NCBI GenBank assembly: GCA_948442015.1
Contig: CAOJRP010000005.1
Location: forward strand, 9-64,008
Length of the DNA stretch: 64,000 bases
Direction: 5' to 3'
DNA from: an uncultured Erysipelotrichaceae bacterium
GTDB lineage: Bacteria > Bacillota_I > Bacilli_A > RF39 > UBA660
The notes beneath the pieces were generated by a model, which saw only the letters and a program-made list of their open reading frames with translations, made no database searches and had not been told where the DNA came from. Shown piece after piece: positions 58,986-64,000 of the stretch (position 1 is its first letter; each line of letters begins with the position of its first letter). Made by a program: the position numbers and the translations under genes.

Positions 58986-61550
58986 CTACTTTGCCTCGTA
59001 CCAATCAGTTCCATAATCAGAACTTACACTAATTGGAACATCTAATTTTATCGCATTTTCCATCTCATTTTTGACTATTTTTTCCACAAGAGATTTTTCT
59101 TCTTCCTTGACATCAAAAATTAATTCATCATGGACTTGTAAAAGCATCTTACTTTTTATACCTTGATTTTTAAACTCTTGATAAATATTTACCATTGCTT
59201 TTTTTATTATATCAGCACTAGTTCCTTGAATTGGAGTATTAAGAGCAATTCGCTCTCCTCCTTGTCTTATCATATAATTTTTATTAAATAACTCAGGTAT
59301 CGCTCTTTTTCGATTAAACAAAGTCCTAACAAAACCTTTTTGGTAAGCTTCTTCTTTAATATTATCCATATAATCTTTAACACCAGGATATAGTTCATAA
59401 TATTTATTAATAAACTGCATTGCTTCCCCTGGGCTTATATCTAAATTTTCCCCCAAACCAAAACCAGATATACCATAAACTATCCCAAATATAACAGCTT
59501 TTGCTGTACGACGTTCATATTTAGTAACTTCACTTATATCTTTATCGTGAATATCGGCAGCTACTTTGGAGTGGATATCAAGACCATTTATAAAAGCATC
59601 TTGTAACTCTTTTGAACCACTTATATGAGCAAGGATACGAAGCTCAATTTGAGAATAATCAGCACTATACAATAAATCATTACATGGTAAGAAAGCTTTT
59701 CTAATTTTTCTTCCTTCTTCATCTCTTGCAGGAATATTTTGCATATTAGGTTCAATACTAGAAAGTCTTCCCGTTCTTGTTAAATTTTGTTTGTAAATCG
59801 TATGAATTTTCTCATCTTCTTCAATAAATGTACTTAGTCCTTCTAAATAAGTACTATTCATTTTAGTTAAATTACGATATTCTAATATTTTCTCAATAAT
59901 CGGATGAACTCCCACAAGCTTATGAAGTATTTTAACATCTGTTTTATATCCACGACTATTTCTTTTTCCATGAGGTAGTGCTAATCTATCAAATAATACT
60001 TCTCCTAGTTGTAGTGGACTACTAATATTAAATTTGCAACCAGCAAGTTCATATATTTCTTTAGTTAAAAGATTAATCTTTTCCAAAATATCTTGATGTT
60101 TTGTTTCTAAAATCTCTTTATCACACTTAATTCCTGTAAACTCCATATCAGCTAAAACTGTAATTAAAGGCATTTCAATTTCCTTAAATAATTCTTCCAT
60201 CTTTTCTTTTTGAAGTTCATCTATAAATCTTTCTTTTGTATCATAAATATAACGAGCTTTTAGACAAACATCAGTAGGTGTAAATCCTTGTTTTAAAGAA
60301 TTATCATAAAAAGGGACACCAACACCATTTTGATTCATCAGATAAGCTATATCATCTTTGACGTTATACTCAAGTAGATAAGCAGCTATCATTAAATCAT
60401 ATTCTACTTGTTCTAGCTCTAAGCCCATTTTCTTTAAAAGATACCATTCTTTTTTATAATCAAAAGTTGCAATATTTTTATCTTTTAAAAGAGGAATTAC
60501 TGCTGATATTAAATCTTTTTCAATGAAATAATTTTTATCACCACTAGATAGAGCCATTCCAAAAATAGAAGCATTATGATAATTAAGACTACTACACTCA
60601 ATATAAAAAGCGACATCTTTATCTAAAACTATCGTCCTAACATCGTTAACTTTGGTAAATTCAATATTTGCTTTCTTAGCTTTTGTTTTTCCTTTTTCCA
60701 TATTTTTTAAGAAAGAATAAAACTCTAATTCATTATAAATATCTATTAACTCTGATTTTTGACCAGTATATTTTAGTTCTTCTAAACTGATATCAAGTGG
60801 CACTTCATTATATATAGTTGCTAATTCATAACTTATATAAGCGTTTTCTTTGTCTAGAATTAATTTTTCTTGTAATTTTCCTTTTATTTCATCAATATGT
60901 TCATAAATATTATTAATTGTTCCATATTGTTGTAGTAAATTTAGAGCTGTTTTATCTCCTACTCCTTTTACTCCTGGAATATTGTCTGATGAATCCCCTG
61001 CTAAAGCTTTATAATCAATAATACTTATTGGATCGATTCCCCAATCTTCTTTAAAAGTTTTTGTGTTATAACGAATATATCCTTTTTGTTTTAATAATTT
61101 TACATCTACTTGTTCATTAATTAATTGTAATAAATCTTTATCACTACTTACTATTGTTGCTTCAAAGTCTAAATGGTCATAAGCCATTTTAGCTAAAGTT
61201 CCAATAATATCATCTGCTTCATATGGCTCAAGTTCTAAATATTTAATACCCATAGCATTAAGAATTTCTCTTGCAATTGGCATTTGTTGTAATAATTCAT
61301 CTGGTGTTTCACTTCTTCCTTCTTTATAACTTGCATATTTTTGTTTACGAAAGTTAGTACCAACATCAAAAGCAACTGCTATGTAAGAAGGTTTTTCCTC
61401 TTCAATAATTTTATTCATCATACTAACAAAGCCATATAAGGCATTTGTAGGAGTTCCTTTACTATTTTTCATGATATTACCATGATATGCTGTTGCATAA
61501 TAACTTCTAAACATTAAATTATTTCCATCTACTAAAATGATTTTATTCAT
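58986..61550 (-). CDS. polA: DNA polymerase I
   Basis: 5' nuclease N-domain (ILVDGNNLMFRSYYA); pol motifs A DYSQIELRILAH, B RRTAKAVIFGIVYG, C LQVHDELIF. Start at ATG 61550 behind a GGTGG RBS. Confidence 0.95.
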   Translation of the reverse strand: MNKIILVDGNNLMFRSYYATAYHGNIMKNSKGTPTNALYGFVSMMNKIIEEEKPSYIAVAFDVGTNFRKQKYASYKEGRSETPDELLQQMPIAREILNAMGIKYLELEPYEADDIIGTLAKMAYDHLDFEATIVSSDKDLLQLINEQVDVKLLKQKGYIRYNTKTFKEDWGIDPISIIDYKALAGDSSDNIPGVKGVGDKTALNLLQQYGTINNIYEHIDEIKGKLQEKLILDKENAYISYELATIYNEVPLDISLEELKYTGQKSELIDIYNELEFYSFLKNMEKGKTKAKKANIEFTKVNDVRTIVLDKDVAFYIECSSLNYHNASIFGMALSSGDKNYFIEKDLISAVIPLLKDKNIATFDYKKEWYLLKKMGLELEQVEYDLMIAAYLLEYNVKDDIAYLMNQNGVGVPFYDNSLKQGFTPTDVCLKARYIYDTKERFIDELQKEKMEELFKEIEMPLITVLADMEFTGIKCDKEILETKHQDILEKINLLTKEIYELAGCKFNISSPLQLGEVLFDRLALPHGKRNSRGYKTDVKILHKLVGVHPIIEKILEYRNLTKMNSTYLEGLSTFIEEDEKIHTIYKQNLTRTGRLSSIEPNMQNIPARDEEGRKIRKAFLPCNDLLYSADYSQIELRILAHISGSKELQDAFINGLDIHSKVAADIHDKDISEVTKYERRTAKAVIFGIVYGISGFGLGENLDISPGEAMQFINKYYELYPGVKDYMDNIKEEAYQKGFVRTLFNRKRAIPELFNKNYMIRQGGERIALNTPIQGTSADIIKKAMVNIYQEFKNQGIKSKMLLQVHDELIFDVKEEEKSLVEKIVKNEMENAIKLDVPISVSSDYGTDWYEAK

Positions 61551-61671
61551 TACTACCACCTATTTAATTTTAACATAAACTTTTTTTAAAGTCACATAAA
61601 TACCACTATGATTAGAGACTTTTTCAAACATCAACTTATTTTTAATTACTTTCAACATAAAAAGACAAAGC

Positions 61672-62013
61672 TTATTTTTCTTCTTTGTCTTCTCTTTTAC
61701 TACTTAAAAAAGTAACTTTTTCAGCAACTACTTCAAGTTTTTGGTGAGTTTTATTTTCATTATCTTCATAACTTCTTACTTGCAATCTGCCTTTAACTCC
61801 CACAACATCACCTTTATGGCAATATTCATTAGTATTAGCAGCTATCGCATCCCAAAGAACGCAGTTAATAAAATCTGTCTCATAAAGACCACTAGAATTT
61901 TTAAAAGTTCTTTGAACAGCAAGAGTTATTGTGGAAACTTTTTTTCCACTTTCGGTAGTAATAACTTCTGGATCTTTCGTTAATCTACCAACTAAAACGA
62001 CTTGATTTAACAT
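61672..62013 (-). CDS. ssb: Single-stranded DNA-binding protein, short form lacking the acidic C-terminal tip (SsbB-like)
   Basis: OB-fold start MLNQVVLVGRLTKDPE; 113 aa; ends ...SSKREDKEEK with no D-D-(I/L)-P-F-type tail. Confidence 0.8.
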   Translation of the reverse strand: MLNQVVLVGRLTKDPEVITTESGKKVSTITLAVQRTFKNSSGLYETDFINCVLWDAIAANTNEYCHKGDVVGVKGRLQVRSYEDNENKTHQKLEVVAEKVTFLSSKREDKEEK

Positions 62014-62186
62014 GCATAACCTCCCTTCAAAAAAGACTATAGCAAAAGTTTAATTATTGTACAAATCACGATTTTTGGATTATTAAAGGTTTAAAAAAAC
62101 AATTTTAAAGAAACTGTTTCCCAATTCCTTCAATATTGCAACAAAAAAAATACAAAAATCCAATTATTGTAGTTTTTGCATTTTTT

Positions 62187-63488
62187 TCAACTTTTTAACA
62201 ATTTATTAAGTTCTACTGCATATTCCATAGGTAATTCCTTTTTAAAATCATTTATAAACCCCATAATTAGTGCTTCTTTGGCAGCATTTTCACTTAAACC
62301 TTTACTTTGTAAATAAAATAACTTTTCTGCACTTATTTTTGAAACACTTGCTTCATGTTCCAATTTAGACGATGAGTTTTCTACAATATTTTTAGGAATT
62401 GTATCACTTCTAGAAAATTCATCTAATAAAATTGTATCACATTTAATACTTGCTACGCTGTTTATTGCACTTTTAGTAATTTTTGTTGTCCCCCTATAAT
62501 TAGCTATACCACCATTACCTGCAATTGATTTTGAAACTATATTACTTTTGGTATTTTTCCCTAAATGGATCATCTTAGCACCAGCATCAAGTATTTGTTC
62601 CTCTTTTGCATAAGCAATAGAAATGGAGTTACCACAAGCACCATCACCTTTTAAAATACATGAAGGATACTTCATCGTCACTTTACTTCCAATGTTACCA
62701 TCAATCCATTCCATTAAACCGTTATCTAAGACTAATGCTCTTTTGGTAACTAAATTCATAACATCTTTACTCCAATTTTGAATTGTAGAATATCGACATT
62801 TAGCATTTTCTTTAACATAAATTTCCACAACACCAGCATGAAGAGAAGTAGTTGAATAACTCTTTGCTGTACACCCTTCAATATATGATAGTTCTGAGTT
62901 TTCAGATACAATAATAATTGTTCTTTCAAATTGCCCTAAAGATTCGGAATCAATTCGAAAATAACTTTGTAATGGCCGATCAACCTTAACATTAGGTGGA
63001 ATATAAATGAAAGAGCCCCCACTCCATAAAGCCGTATTTAAAGCTGTATACTTATTTTCATTATACTTTACTAAATTATTAAAATATTCTTTAAATAATT
63101 CTGGATATTTCTTTAAAGCATCATCAGTTGAAGTAAAAATAATATTATCTCCTAAACTTTGATTATGATAAAAGACTTCACTTTCGATTTGGTTTGTCAC
63201 TCCTCCTAAGTATTTCTTTTCAGCAGCAATAACACCTAATTTTTCAAAAGTATTTTTAACAGAACATGAAACTTTATTCCAATCATCAGTAAGATTAGTT
63301 CCTTCTTCTTTTTTATAGTAATTAATATTATCGAAATCAATCTCTATTTTAGGACCAAAATCAGGTTCAGGAAGTTTTTTAAACTCTTCATAAGCTTTAA
63401 GCCTTATTTCCATCATCCAAGGTGGTTCTTCCTTACTCTTTGATAAATTAATAATAAATTGTTCATCTAGTTTTTTCTTCATTTTCAA
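62187..63488 (-). CDS. sufB: Fe-S cluster assembly protein SufB
   Basis: GQFERTIIIVSENSELSYIEGCTA signature. Confidence 0.85.
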   Translation of the reverse strand: MKMKKKLDEQFIINLSKSKEEPPWMMEIRLKAYEEFKKLPEPDFGPKIEIDFDNINYYKKEEGTNLTDDWNKVSCSVKNTFEKLGVIAAEKKYLGGVTNQIESEVFYHNQSLGDNIIFTSTDDALKKYPELFKEYFNNLVKYNENKYTALNTALWSGGSFIYIPPNVKVDRPLQSYFRIDSESLGQFERTIIIVSENSELSYIEGCTAKSYSTTSLHAGVVEIYVKENAKCRYSTIQNWSKDVMNLVTKRALVLDNGLMEWIDGNIGSKVTMKYPSCILKGDGACGNSISIAYAKEEQILDAGAKMIHLGKNTKSNIVSKSIAGNGGIANYRGTTKITKSAINSVASIKCDTILLDEFSRSDTIPKNIVENSSSKLEHEASVSKISAEKLFYLQSKGLSENAAKEALIMGFINDFKKELPMEYAVELNKLLKS

Positions 63489-63573
63489 TCACATTCATAT
63501 TATACACCATTATTTTTTATTTGAAAATGTCCTTTATTTTTGATATCATTATTGTAAGAATAGGAGTATGCTT

Positions 63574-64000
63574 ATGAGTTATTTAAATGATGCGATTATT
63601 AAACAAATATTAGAATCTAATTCTAACTTTAATTCTATAACTTATCAAGATAATACTTTAGAGTTGGAAGGACAAATAATCGATTTAAATAATTTTAGTT
63701 TAGTCGAAATATTTAGTTCTTATAGTGAACTAAAAGAAGATTGTCAAAAAGAGGCAATGACTGCTCAAGATTTATTTGAAATAATAAAACTTAATGTAAC
63801 AATAAAAAGTATTAATATTCCTAATGAAAATAATAACCTCTTAAGCATTTTTGATTATCAAAGAATTTTAGAAAGTGAAGAGCTATCACAAATTGATGAA
63901 GATGCACTAAATACTTTTTATGATTTTATCGAAGAATTATATCGTTATCGCTCCTATCTTTGTGAAGATAGTTTAAATTATTTAAAGGCATACGAAAACT
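63574..64000 (+). CDS. Hypothetical protein, 3'-truncated by the window edge
   Basis: ATG 63574 behind a GGAG RBS; frame open to the end of the window (MSYLNDAIIKQILESN...). Confidence 0.45.
   Translation, partial: MSYLNDAIIKQILESNSNFNSITYQDNTLELEGQIIDLNNFSLVEIFSSYSELKEDCQKEAMTAQDLFEIIKLNVTIKSINIPNENNNLLSIFDYQRILESEELSQIDEDALNTFYDFIEELYRYRSYLCEDSLNYLKAYEN

Overview
By eye this is an AT-rich, low-GC Bacillota (Firmicutes)-type chromosomal segment; composition was not computed. It uses the standard code: TGA terminates several intact genes, for example at 5220-5222 and 36160-36162. Almost all genes are on the minus strand.

Housekeeping backbone: rpoB-rpoC followed by tRNA-Ala(UGC), ybxB/RsmC-like methyltransferase, M29 aminopeptidase, NUDIX, ogt, ftsK, polA, mutM, a short SSB, sufB and tmcAL.

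Accessory content:
- (1) At 64-644, a PemK/MazF/ToxN-like toxin gene is preceded by a promoter, two 33-nt direct repeats and a strong terminator, with no protein antitoxin. This is a type-III-TA-like layout.
- (2) A second orphan PemK-like gene is followed by a three-way-junction RNA candidate.
- (3) At about 21.0-21.5 kb there is a 64-bp perfect palindrome and a type-I-TA-like pair (26-aa hydrophobic peptide with a convergent small RNA).
- (4) Two CHAP peptidoglycan hydrolase paralogues sit in tandem.
- (5) A three-gene glycosyltransferase/deacetylase/flippase operon resembles hexSDF.
- (6) The main item is a co-oriented island of about 19.7 kb (34.1-53.8 kb), bracketed by Rpn-family gene tails, that juxtaposes two machines:
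  - A Tad/Flp-like pilus module: CpaB, TadA/CpaF, TadB, TadC, a degenerate TadZ, two tiny Cys-rich pilins, two pseudopilins, a 1426-aa Cys-rich surface protein and a 240-aa anchor.
  - A monoderm T4SS core: two VirB2-like proteins, VirB6-like, PrgI/VirB3-like and a two-gene split VirB4.
  - No relaxase, coupling protein, integrase or prepilin peptidase is present in the window.

Several genes carry frameshifts or nonsense lesions (ORF6N, NTF2-like, Rpn). All functional calls rest on motif reading by eye; no database search was run.
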